Source: a virus. Taken from it: 64,000 nt of DNA. The stretch's first letter is position 1, and each line of letters begins with the position of its first letter. The stretch lies in IMG/VR virus record IMGVR_UViG_3300046660_000385, positions 1 through 64,000 of that record; one strand, given 5' to 3'. A program made the translations under genes and the position numbers. This document shows, in pieces, positions 41,699 to 50,595 of this stretch. The notes under the pieces are model-generated. The model was not told the DNA's origin, made no database searches, and was given only the letters and a program-made list of their open reading frames with translations.

Positions 41699-44249
41699 CG
41701 ACCGCACGATCCCGAGCTTCTCGACCCGCCTGTGGTCGGAGGAGGTCGGCATGGCCGACCCGAGCGCGAACTTCAACGCGCCGCCGGTGCTCGGCTATAC
41801 GTTCGGCGGCCGCACCCTGACCACCGACGTCAACTCGACCCTGTACAACCAGGTGCCGCAGATCCCGGCCCTGCTGGACGTGCACTTCACCGCCCGCCAG
41901 GCCCAGCGCGTTGCCGCCCTCGCCGAGGTCAGCGAACATATCGCCATCGACGGCGTCGCCGCTACTGGCCAGCGCGGTCAGATCGCCGCCGTGTGGGTGC
42001 CGGTCGACGGCCTCGAGCCGCAGAACGTCGCCGAGGTCGCAACCGGCCAGCGCCAGCTCGCCGCCCTGCTGGGTGGGATCACCAGCGAGAACATCACGAC
42101 CGGCAGCACCGTCACCACCAGCCAGGGCCAGCGCGGCGTCGCCCAGATCGCCATCAATGGCGCCAACCCGCCGGCCGTCGGCACTGCGTCGTCCGGCCAG
42201 CGCCAGTACGCGGCCGCCGTGGTCGCGGTCAACGGCATCCAGCCGGGAAGCGATGCGCCGATCGCCATCGGGGGCGAGATCACCAACTTCAAGCTGGAAA
42301 ACACGTCGACTACGCCGCTCACCAACACGCCGTTCTCGTTCGGCCAGGTATTCGTGGCGGGCCACCTGCCGGCCGCCGGCGCCAACGTCAGCCTGGCGCT
42401 GGCCGACAACACGCCGCTGTCGTGCCAGATCGACGTGAAAGCAACCCACGGCGACGGCTCGGTGCGCCACGCCATCATCAGCGGCATCATCCCGCAGCTG
42501 GCCGCAAGCGCCACCCAGACCGTCACGATCCGCCGCGCAGCACCGGCGCCAGGCCTGCCGGCGGTGTCCCTCCCGCCGTCGCTGCCGTCGGCCACGCTCG
42601 TCATCGCGGGCGCGACCTACACCGCGACCTGCGCGGGAGTCGCCCCCGACACCTGGCTCGCCGGCCCCTGCGCCAGCGACTACGTGTTCAACGTGCCGTT
42701 CACCGGCGCCGGCGGTCCGCACGCGACCCTCATGGCCCAGTTCTCGGTGCGCCGGTTCAGCACCGGCCAGGTGCGGGTCGACGCCGTGCTCGAGCACTGC
42801 AAAGCGTATCTCTCGACCGCCGATATCACCTACGACGTGACGATCGTCGCCAACGGCGCCACCGTCTACAGCAAGACCGGCCTGGTGCACACCCCGGCGG
42901 CGCGCTGGAAGCGCACGTTCTGGTACGGCACGGCCCCGGCCCTGCACATCCGCCACAACACGCCTTACCTGATCGCCAGCCGCCAGATCCCGAACTACGA
43001 CCAGAGCATCACGATCCCCGAGTCGGTGCTGGCCGGCTACGCGACCGACCTGGCCAGCACCAGGTTCGACCCGATGGGCTTCGGCCGCTTTGCCGCCTAC
43101 ATGCCGACCACCGGCGGGCGCGCCGACATCGGCCTGATGCCGGACTCGTATGTCGCCACCGTCCTGTCGATGGACAAGCGCGCCAAGGCGATGATGCTGG
43201 CCAGCGCCGACATCGGCGGCAGCTGGCCGGTCTGCCGGCGCGACGACAGCAGCGGGCCAGGGCGCGGCCTGCCGCTGTCGGTGGTGAACTTCCCGTATTC
43301 CTCGGTGGTCGGCAACCCCGGCGACTGCATCAACCCGGCCACCGGCAAGAACGAGAAACTGCCGATCCTGAGCAGCGCCAGCCAGGGCGTGCCGGACAGC
43401 TCGCACCAGCCGGCCATCTATTACCTGCCGTACCTGCTGACCGGCGACTTCTTCTATCTGGAGGGCCTGCACTTCTACGGCACCTTCAACCACTACCAGG
43501 ACAACCCCTACTACCGCGACTTCGCCAAGGCGCATGTGCGCGCCGACCAGGTGCGCGGACAGGGCTGGAGCATGCGCACGCTGGCCGAGTGTGCGGCGAT
43601 CACCCCGGAAGGGCACCCGCTCAAGTCGCACTTCCAGACCTGGTACACCAATAACATCAGCTGGTTCGTCGCCCGCTACCCGGACGGCAACGACAACACG
43701 CTGGGCATCATCACCAACGGCTACGCGCTGGGCTACACGGTCAACGGCCAGGCCAACACCGGCATGGCGCCGTGGATGGACGACTTCTTCACCCAGGCGA
43801 TCGGCCACGGCATCGAGCTGCTGGGGAATTCGGAAGCGCGCCGCCTGCTGCTGTGGAAGGCGAAATTCCAGCTCGGCCGCCTGCTCGACCCGGCGGTGTG
43901 CATCCAGGATTGCTCCACCTACGCGCTGGGCGTGCGCACCACCTCGACCGCGCCGTTCTTCGCCACGCTGGCCGAGTGCTTCGCGTGGACCGTGCCGGCC
44001 GCCCAGCAGCAATACCCCTGCAACTCGCCGCAGCGCCTGGCCCTGACCCCCGGCCTGCTGCCGGGCGACATCGGCGGCTATCCCGGCTCCACCGAGGGCT
44101 ACGCGGCCGACTACCAGCCGGCCCTGGCCGTCGCCGTCGACAGCGGCTATCCGGGCGGCGCGACCGCCTGGGCCAAGTTCATGGCGCGCCCGACCAAGCC
44201 CGACTACGGCTACGAGCCGCAGTTCGCCATCGTGCCGCGCACCGTCTGA
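41691..44249 (+). CDS. Virion-associated protein: QxQ repeats plus polysaccharide-lyase-like (PcRGLX/YetA-like) body
   Basis: PFSFGQVF..G...Q.DVKATH.DGSVRHAI; YMPTTGGRADIG; HQP...YLPYLLTGD.FYLE; QVRGQGW..R.L. Confidence 0.68.
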   Translation: MSDDRTIPSFSTRLWSEEVGMADPSANFNAPPVLGYTFGGRTLTTDVNSTLYNQVPQIPALLDVHFTARQAQRVAALAEVSEHIAIDGVAATGQRGQIAAVWVPVDGLEPQNVAEVATGQRQLAALLGGITSENITTGSTVTTSQGQRGVAQIAINGANPPAVGTASSGQRQYAAAVVAVNGIQPGSDAPIAIGGEITNFKLENTSTTPLTNTPFSFGQVFVAGHLPAAGANVSLALADNTPLSCQIDVKATHGDGSVRHAIISGIIPQLAASATQTVTIRRAAPAPGLPAVSLPPSLPSATLVIAGATYTATCAGVAPDTWLAGPCASDYVFNVPFTGAGGPHATLMAQFSVRRFSTGQVRVDAVLEHCKAYLSTADITYDVTIVANGATVYSKTGLVHTPAARWKRTFWYGTAPALHIRHNTPYLIASRQIPNYDQSITIPESVLAGYATDLASTRFDPMGFGRFAAYMPTTGGRADIGLMPDSYVATVLSMDKRAKAMMLASADIGGSWPVCRRDDSSGPGRGLPLSVVNFPYSSVVGNPGDCINPATGKNEKLPILSSASQGVPDSSHQPAIYYLPYLLTGDFFYLEGLHFYGTFNHYQDNPYYRDFAKAHVRADQVRGQGWSMRTLAECAAITPEGHPLKSHFQTWYTNNISWFVARYPDGNDNTLGIITNGYALGYTVNGQANTGMAPWMDDFFTQAIGHGIELLGNSEARRLLLWKAKFQLGRLLDPAVCIQDCSTYALGVRTTSTAPFFATLAECFAWTVPAAQQQYPCNSPQRLALTPGLLPGDIGGYPGSTEGYAADYQPALAVAVDSGYPGGATAWAKFMARPTKPDYGYEPQFAIVPRTV

Positions 44250-44257
44250 GGCCGTCC

Positions 44258-44416
44258 ATGCAGAACGACCGCGAGAACCTGGTGTACCGCGAGTACCAGG
44301 CGCTGCCCGAGGCGCTGCGCGCCATGTATTCGTTCGACCAGTACCTCTGGCTCTCCGACATCGAGAAGGTCCGCCTGATCCAGAGCGAGACCGAGCCGGA
44401 CAGCTACGACTATTAA
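44258..44416 (+). CDS. Small conserved phage protein
   Basis: YQALPE.LR..YS..QYLWLSD.EK. Confidence 0.6.
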   Translation: MQNDRENLVYREYQALPEALRAMYSFDQYLWLSDIEKVRLIQSETEPDSYDY

Positions 44417-44428
44417 ATAGGACACCCC

Positions 44429-44779
44429 ATGAGCAAACTTCTCGTCGGCCTGGACGACAGCGCCATGACGACCTGCGCCAGCGACATGATCCTGGCCAAG
44501 GAGATCGCGGACACCCTGAACACCCACTACCCGGGCCACCTGTGGGCGATCAACGTCGACGGCGGCGTAGCCAACATCCACGACCTGATGCTGTCCGGCC
44601 AGTGGGGCTACCGCCTGCTGCTGACGAACATGTACTCCGCATCGGAACTCAAGAAGGACACGATCCGCGCCGGCGGCGAGATCCTCGAACGGTTCCGCCT
44701 GAGCCGCGGCCAGTTCAACGAGGCCCAGTACACCCAGCTCAAAACCAATTTCGCCGGCGACTTCGTGTTCGACCGCTAA
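44429..44779 (+). CDS. Conserved phage protein upstream of portal
   Basis: AK.IA..L..HYPGHLWA...RAGGEILERF.L.R. Confidence 0.75.
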   Translation: MSKLLVGLDDSAMTTCASDMILAKEIADTLNTHYPGHLWAINVDGGVANIHDLMLSGQWGYRLLLTNMYSASELKKDTIRAGGEILERFRLSRGQFNEAQYTQLKTNFAGDFVFDR

Positions 44780-44789
44780 CCGAGGCCCT

Positions 44790-47700
44790 ATGGACGACCA
44801 GACCAAACCCGCTGCCCCAACCGAGGCCCCGCCAGACTGGGTCGCGCTGGCCCGAGACGCATACTCTGCCTCGACCAACTGGTTCGATTCGTCCGTGCGC
44901 GCCCAGATCGAGGGAGACCTGCGCCAGTTCCAGGGCCAGCACCCCAGCGGCAGCAAGTACCTGGCCGACGCCAACAAGGGCCGCTCGAAACTGTTCCGGC
45001 CCAAGACCCGCACCACGATCAGGAAGAACGAGGCCGCCGCGGCCCAGGCCTTCTTCGCCTCCAACGACGTCGTGAAAGTCACGGCCCAGGACGAGGACGA
45101 TCCCGCGCAGATGGCCAGCGCGGCGGTGATGGGCGAGCTGCTGCAGCACCGGCTGACGAAATCCATCCCCTGGTTCCTCACCTTGGTCGGCGCCTACCAG
45201 GACGCCCAGACCGTGGGCGTGGTGGCGTCGTATCAATACTGGCAGTACAACGAGAAGAAGGGCATCGACCGCCCGCAGATCCGCCTGATCCCGATCGAGA
45301 ACCTGCGCTTCGACCCGGGCGCGGACTGGACCGACCCGGTCGGCACCTCGCCGTACGTGATCGAGCTGATCCCGATGTACGTCAAGGACGTCAAGGCGCG
45401 CATGCGCAATGTCGACCCCAAGACCGGCGAGGCGAAGTGGAAAACCCTGCCGGAAGCGACCATCATGGGCGCGACCAAGACCTACGGCGACACCATCCGC
45501 CTGCAGCGCGAGGCCCCGCGCCCCGATTCCAAGTACCAGACCCAGGCCAACAATAATTTCAACGTGGTGTGGGTCCACAAGAACATCGTCGAGGTCGACG
45601 AGGTCGACTACTGCTACTACACGCTCGGCTGCGAACACCTGCTGTCGGACCCGGTGCCGCTGGGCGAGGTCTATTTCCACGGCCGCCGCCCGTATGTCGT
45701 CGGGTCCGCCGTGATCGAGACCCACAAGCTGTACCCGTCGTCGGTGCCGCGCCTGACGAAAGACGTGCAGGCCGAGATCAACGAGGTCGCCAACCAGCGC
45801 ATCGACAACGTCAAGCTGGCGATGAACAAGCGCTATTTCGCGCGCCGCAACAAGCAGGTCGACCTGCGCAGCGTGACGAGGAACGTGCCCGGCTCGGTGA
45901 CGCTGGTGCAGGACATCGACGACGTCAAGGTCGTGGAGTTCAACGACGTCACCGGCTCCTCATATAAAGAGCAGGAAGTCCTGAACCTGGACTTCGACGA
46001 CGTCGCCGGCACCTTCAGCGGCTCCTCGGTGCAGTCGAACAGGAAGCTCAACGAGACCGTCGGCGGCATGCAGATGCTCGACGCCGGCGCCAACCAGGTG
46101 TCCGGCTACCAGCTGCGCACCTTCTGCGAGACCTGGGTCGAGCCGGTCCTGCGCCAGCTGGTGATGCTGGAACAGTATTACGAGACCGACGACGCGCTGC
46201 TGGCCCTGTGCAGCAAGAGCGCGCAGCTGTCCCAGCGCTTCGGCGTCGACCAGATCACGGACGACATGCTGATGAACGAGTTCACTTTGAATGTGAACGT
46301 CGGCATGGGCGCCGTCAACCCGACCGAGCAGGTGCAGCAGTTCATCCAGGGCATGACGGCGCTGGGCAACATGCTGGCCAACGAGGGCCTGGTGAACCTC
46401 GGCATGAACACCGAGGAAGTCGTCAAGGAACTGTTCGGCAAGCTGGGGTACAAGGACGGCGCGCGCTTCTTCAACTTCGACGGCAGCGACCCGCGCATCA
46501 AGCAGCTGCAGGACCAGGTGTCGCAGCTGCAGCAGCAGCTGGCGCAGAAGGTCGACCCGGCCCTCATCGCCGCGCAGATCCGCAAGATCGACGCCGAGGT
46601 GGCCAGCCTGAACGTGAAGGACCGCGTCAGCGCGGCCGACGCCGTCAAGAAGGGCAGCGAGGCGCAGTTCAGCGCGATGCAGACCGCCGAGGTCATCGCC
46701 GCCGTGCCGGGCGTGGCCCCGATCGCCGACGAGCTGATGAAGGCCGCCGGCTACCGCCCGCCGCAGCCGAGCGGGATCGACCCGAACTTCCCGCAGCCGG
46801 GCATGCCCGCCGCTGGCCTGGGGATCGAAGCCGTGAAAAACCGCCGCACCGGCATCGCCTTCCTGCCGGGCCAGGACCCGTCGACCACCGGCCAGCCGAT
46901 GCCGCCGATGCCACCCACCGCCGGGACCGGCGCCCGCGCCGGCATCGAGACCACCCGCCCGGATTCGGCGGGTCCGAGCCTGATCGCGCAGGCGGCCTAC
47001 GCCAACGGCGGCCTGGTCGGCGCGATCCCGGAGGGCCTGGACTACTACGGCCAGCAGCGCGCAGCGGCCAACCTGCTGCGCCGCGGCGGCCAGTTCATCA
47101 ACCCGGACACGATGGAGCGGGACAACCTGGCCAACTACACCGGCTGGCTTGACGACAAGGGCCTGGGCAAGAACGCGCTCAATTCCAGCCTGGTCGGCGA
47201 CCAGATGAAGGGCCTCATCACCGACGACCTGGAGACGAACAGCCTGACCCATAGCCTGATGAGCAACCTGTCGACCACCAACTTCGCCGACGGCGGCCTG
47301 GTCGACCCGAACAACCCGCTGCAGCCGCTGCAGCAGATCTGGAACGGCGCCGCCAACACGATCAACAACGGCGTGCAGCAGGCGGCGAGCCTGCCGGGCC
47401 GTGCGCTGGCCGGCTACGAGCGCCTGTCGAACGAGAACCCGAAGATCAAGCTGGCGCTCGACATGATGCCCTACACCGGCACCGTGACCTCGGCGCTGGA
47501 CGTGGCCAACGACCTGCGCAAGGGCGAGTACGGCGCCGCCGCGGGTGACGCGATCGGCCTGATCCCCGGCTACAAACTGGCCAAGGCGCCGATCCACAGC
47601 GCCGCCCAGCAGGCCATGAAATTCGTCGGCGACAACCGCGGCAAGCTCGACGCCGCGATCAACTCGATCCCCGAGTACGTCGAGAAGATCCAGCGCCAGC

Positions 47701-48035
47701 AGCAAACGCCCCCCGGCTACGCCGACGGCGGCCTGCTGCAGGGTCCGGGCACCGGCACCTCGGACACCATCCCGGCCCTGATCGACGGCGCGCAGCCGGC
47801 CCAGGTGTCGAGCGGCGAGTACGTGATCCCGGCGGCCGTCGTGCAGGTGCTGGGCCAGGACTACCTCGAGGAGCTGGTGATGCAGTTCCACACCCCGGCC
47901 GAGGGCACACCGGGCGCGCCGGCCGACATGGAGCCGATCGGCCTGCAGGGCGGCGACTTCGTCATCCCGGCCGACGTTGTTGACCAGCTGGGCCGCGACT
48001 TCTTCGACAAACTTGTGGAGCACTACAGCGAATGA
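44790..48035 (+). CDS. Portal protein with long C-terminal extension
   Basis: SKLFRPKTR, Q.EIN...NQRIDNVKL, ET.GGM..L, F.ETWVEP.L, Q-rich barrel; position before scaffold/capsid. Confidence 0.82.
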   Translation: MDDQTKPAAPTEAPPDWVALARDAYSASTNWFDSSVRAQIEGDLRQFQGQHPSGSKYLADANKGRSKLFRPKTRTTIRKNEAAAAQAFFASNDVVKVTAQDEDDPAQMASAAVMGELLQHRLTKSIPWFLTLVGAYQDAQTVGVVASYQYWQYNEKKGIDRPQIRLIPIENLRFDPGADWTDPVGTSPYVIELIPMYVKDVKARMRNVDPKTGEAKWKTLPEATIMGATKTYGDTIRLQREAPRPDSKYQTQANNNFNVVWVHKNIVEVDEVDYCYYTLGCEHLLSDPVPLGEVYFHGRRPYVVGSAVIETHKLYPSSVPRLTKDVQAEINEVANQRIDNVKLAMNKRYFARRNKQVDLRSVTRNVPGSVTLVQDIDDVKVVEFNDVTGSSYKEQEVLNLDFDDVAGTFSGSSVQSNRKLNETVGGMQMLDAGANQVSGYQLRTFCETWVEPVLRQLVMLEQYYETDDALLALCSKSAQLSQRFGVDQITDDMLMNEFTLNVNVGMGAVNPTEQVQQFIQGMTALGNMLANEGLVNLGMNTEEVVKELFGKLGYKDGARFFNFDGSDPRIKQLQDQVSQLQQQLAQKVDPALIAAQIRKIDAEVASLNVKDRVSAADAVKKGSEAQFSAMQTAEVIAAVPGVAPIADELMKAAGYRPPQPSGIDPNFPQPGMPAAGLGIEAVKNRRTGIAFLPGQDPSTTGQPMPPMPPTAGTGARAGIETTRPDSAGPSLIAQAAYANGGLVGAIPEGLDYYGQQRAAANLLRRGGQFINPDTMERDNLANYTGWLDDKGLGKNALNSSLVGDQMKGLITDDLETNSLTHSLMSNLSTTNFADGGLVDPNNPLQPLQQIWNGAANTINNGVQQAASLPGRALAGYERLSNENPKIKLALDMMPYTGTVTSALDVANDLRKGEYGAAAGDAIGLIPGYKLAKAPIHSAAQQAMKFVGDNRGKLDAAINSIPEYVEKIQRQQQTPPGYADGGLLQGPGTGTSDTIPALIDGAQPAQVSSGEYVIPAAVVQVLGQDYLEELVMQFHTPAEGTPGAPADMEPIGLQGGDFVIPADVVDQLGRDFFDKLVEHYSE

Positions 48036-48343
48036 GCATGATCGAGATCGACTTCTCGCAGTTCCCCCCGGAGGTGCGCCAGCTGCTGCACACCGTGCAG
48101 TTCGGCCTGGACGTGAAAGCGTTCATGGACGGCGCCGTCGGCCAGTACCTGATCGGCCGCGCCGAGCAGGAGCGACACGCCGCGCTCGAAATGCTGGCCG
48201 ACGCCGAGGCCAGCGACGTCAACTACGTGCGCGAACTGCAGATGATCGTGCGCCGCGCCGCCAGCTTCACCGAGTGGCTGGAAGAAGCGCGCCTTGCCGG
48301 CCAGGCCGCCGAGGCCGAGCTGGCCAGCCAGGAGGGCGAATGA
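48032..48343 (+). CDS. Small protein downstream of portal
   Basis: ATGA coupling; helical. Confidence 0.7.
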   Translation: MSMIEIDFSQFPPEVRQLLHTVQFGLDVKAFMDGAVGQYLIGRAEQERHAALEMLADAEASDVNYVRELQMIVRRAASFTEWLEEARLAGQAAEAELASQEGE

Positions 48344-48615
48344 TGCTGAGCGAGGATCTTGACCGCATCCTGGATGGCGACGACGCCATGCTGCTGGAAC
48401 CGCGCGACCTGTTCGACGCCTGCGTGATCGGCATCGCCGAGCGCATCAACCTGCGCGTGGCCGCGTACGACGTGGCCAAGGTGCTGCAGGTCCTGATGGA
48501 CCACCACGGCATGGACGAGGAGGAAGCCGAGGAATACTTCGACTTCAACATCGCCGGCAGCTGGGTCGGCGAGGGTTCGCCGGTGTTCGTCCACCAGTTC
48601 GGCGAGGACGACTGA
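48340..48615 (+). CDS. Conserved acidic phage protein
   Basis: FD...IG...YD...L....M..EEA.EYF.FNI.G.WVG...P.F. Confidence 0.72.
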   Translation: MMLSEDLDRILDGDDAMLLEPRDLFDACVIGIAERINLRVAAYDVAKVLQVLMDHHGMDEEEAEEYFDFNIAGSWVGEGSPVFVHQFGEDD

Positions 48616-48890
48616 TGGAAGGCCGCAAGGACGACGGCGGCAAGCTGCGCTACGAGCTGCTGCCAATGGCCCCCATCGACGAGGTCGTGCGCGTATTGAC
48701 GTTCGGCGCGCAGAAGTACGCCGACGACAACTGGCGGCATGTACCGGACGGCGAGGACCGCTACTACGCCGCCGCCATGCGCCACCTGTCGGCCTGGCGC
48801 CAGGGCGAGAACATCGACCCGGAAACCGGCCGCTCGCACCTGGCCCACGCGGCCTGCTGCCTCGTGTTCCTGATGGAGCTGCACGAGTGA
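48615..48890 (+). CDS. dATP/dGTP diphosphohydrolase-domain protein (DUF5664-like)
   Basis: GRKDD.GK.RY.LLP...VL.FGA.KY..DNW...AA.RH...GE..DPE.G..HLAHA.C. Confidence 0.85.
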   Translation: MEGRKDDGGKLRYELLPMAPIDEVVRVLTFGAQKYADDNWRHVPDGEDRYYAAAMRHLSAWRQGENIDPETGRSHLAHAACCLVFLMELHE

Positions 48891-49114
48891 AAACCATCAT
48901 CCACGTCCACCAGCAGAAGATCCGCGCCAACATCGGCAAGCCGGCCGCCGAGCAGGAACCGCCGCTGACCGTGAAAACCTACAAATCGAACGACTACGCG
49001 TTCGAGGTCGAGATCCTCGGCCCGTCGCGCGTCGTGTACTCCCCGGACAAGCCGTTGTCCTGCGGCGCGCGCGTGTGGATAGAAGCGCAGGGCGAGGTCA
49101 GGATCGTTCGCTAA
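48887..49114 (+). CDS. Conserved phage hypothetical protein
   Basis: IHV.Q..IR.N...P.TVK...GPS.VVYSPDKPLSCGARVWIE. Confidence 0.75.
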   Translation: MKTIIHVHQQKIRANIGKPAAEQEPPLTVKTYKSNDYAFEVEILGPSRVVYSPDKPLSCGARVWIEAQGEVRIVR

Positions 49115-49118
49115 AGCG

Positions 49119-49415
49119 TCAGCGTGCGAGGACGTCGCGCGGGTCGATGCCCTGGTCGCTCAGGCGCTTGTACCGGCTGGCGACGGCGCGCGCGTCCGCG
49201 ATGCTCCATGACCGCACGTCGCCAATGGTGATGCGCAGCTGGATTCTCGGCGTGACGCGCCGCACCTTCGTCTCGAAGATGAACGACTTGGCGCCGCCGC
49301 GCGTCACCCGGACGCCCAGGCCCGGACAGGCGCCGTCCCAGTAGAGCGTCTGGTCCTTGCCCTCGGCGCACTCGAACGACGCGATCAGATCAACTGTGAG
49401 TTCGGGCCACTGCAT
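49119..49415 (-). CDS. Stand-alone integrase Arm DNA-binding domain (no catalytic domain)
   Basis: LYWD...PGLGVRVT.GG.KSFIF...RITIG...W.I.DAR..A.......QGIDP then stop. Confidence 0.75.
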   Translation of the reverse strand: MQWPELTVDLIASFECAEGKDQTLYWDGACPGLGVRVTRGGAKSFIFETKVRRVTPRIQLRITIGDVRSWSIADARAVASRYKRLSDQGIDPRDVLAR

Positions 49416-49471
49416 GACGATTTCCAAAAAGCGGCAAGCCTAGCACAGTCCGCCCGCCATCCCCGTATCAG

Positions 49472-49494
49472 ACCCGCGCCCGCGGGTTTTTTTT
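49472..49494 (+). terminator. Intrinsic terminator before scaffold gene
   Basis: ACCCGCG-cc-CGCGGGT plus T run. Confidence 0.7.
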
Positions 49495-49531
49495 CGCCCG
49501 CACCCCGCGGGTTTCACCCAGGAGTCAATCA

Positions 49532-50557
49532 ATGAGCGCTATCCAACCGGACGTGCAAAACGATGCAGCACCGGCAGCACCGGCAGTAGAACCGATCCCG
49601 CAGATCGCCGCGCGCGAAGCCGCGCTCGAGGCGCTTGAAGCGCGCCACCAGGCCGAAATGGCCGCCCAGAACGGCTGGCAACTGCCGGCAGATCCGCCGG
49701 CCGAGCCGGCCCCGGACCAGCTGTCGCAGCAGCTGAGCGACCCGGCCCCCGAGCCGGCGCCAAGCGCGCAGGCCGCGCCGGCCAAGGTCAAGGTCAAGAT
49801 CGACGGCGAGGAAACCGAAGTCGCGCTCGACGAGTTGACCCGCCAGTACCAGAAGAATTCCGCCGCCGACAAGCGCCTGGCCGAAGCCACCCGCTTGCTG
49901 CGCGAGGCCCAGGAGGCCGAGGCTGCGCGCCTGCTGCGCGAACAGCAGCTGCAGCAGTACCAGGAACAGCTGCAGCAGCAGCCGCAGCACCAGGAACCGA
50001 ACCCCGCGGACGTCGACGCCGTCGCCGCCCGCAAAGATTTCCTCAAGGCCCTCTTTGAGGGTGATGAAGAAAGTGCGCTCACCAAGCTGGACGAAATGTT
50101 GGCTGGACGGCAGCAGGCCCAAGCGGCCGCGCCCATCCTCGACGTCGACCAGATCGCCCAGGCGGTGACGCACAACGTGCAGCAAAAGCTCGTCGTAGAG
50201 AGTGTATTGACGCAGAACCGACACGACTATCCCGAGATGTATAGCGATCCCGATATGGAATCCCTGGCCCTGGCCAAGATCCAGCGCAAGCAGGCCGAAG
50301 AAGGCATCGACTTCTTCAGCGCGCTGGACACGGTCTCGAAGGAGCTGGCGACGAAGTTCAACTGGGGCGCCGTACAGGAACCGGGCCGCCGTGACGATCC
50401 TGCACCGACCACGTCCTCCCGAGCGCAAAAGCTGGAAGCAAAGAAGTCGATCGACAACGTCACGTCGATCAACACCAAAACCGCGCCCAACGAGCCACAG
50501 CCCGAGGATGCGTCCTCGATCATCGCCGCCATGAAGGCGGCCCGCGCTGGCGGCTAA
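49532..50557 (+). CDS. Capsid scaffolding protein
   Basis: VKVKIDGEE.EV.L.EL...YQK..AADKRL.EA, coiled coil, directly before capsid gene. Confidence 0.8.
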   Translation: MSAIQPDVQNDAAPAAPAVEPIPQIAAREAALEALEARHQAEMAAQNGWQLPADPPAEPAPDQLSQQLSDPAPEPAPSAQAAPAKVKVKIDGEETEVALDELTRQYQKNSAADKRLAEATRLLREAQEAEAARLLREQQLQQYQEQLQQQPQHQEPNPADVDAVAARKDFLKALFEGDEESALTKLDEMLAGRQQAQAAAPILDVDQIAQAVTHNVQQKLVVESVLTQNRHDYPEMYSDPDMESLALAKIQRKQAEEGIDFFSALDTVSKELATKFNWGAVQEPGRRDDPAPTTSSRAQKLEAKKSIDNVTSINTKTAPNEPQPEDASSIIAAMKAARAGG

Positions 50558-50595
50558 GCGCAATCCATCATTTTTGCAATCTAAGGAGAAATATT

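Noticed and set aside
40338-44012. 1224-aa minus-strand ORF
   Set aside because: Mostly the antisense shadow of 41691-44249; only the last 302 codons from ATG 41246 look real
7286-48890. Complete DNA base-modification pathway (Z-base or deazaguanine)
   Set aside because: ThyX-like, DGQHR and diphosphohydrolase genes are scattered; no purZ, dpdA, que genes or polymerase seen
49119-49415. Functional integrase marking an integrated prophage boundary
   Set aside because: Only the Arm domain is present; phage genes continue on both sides
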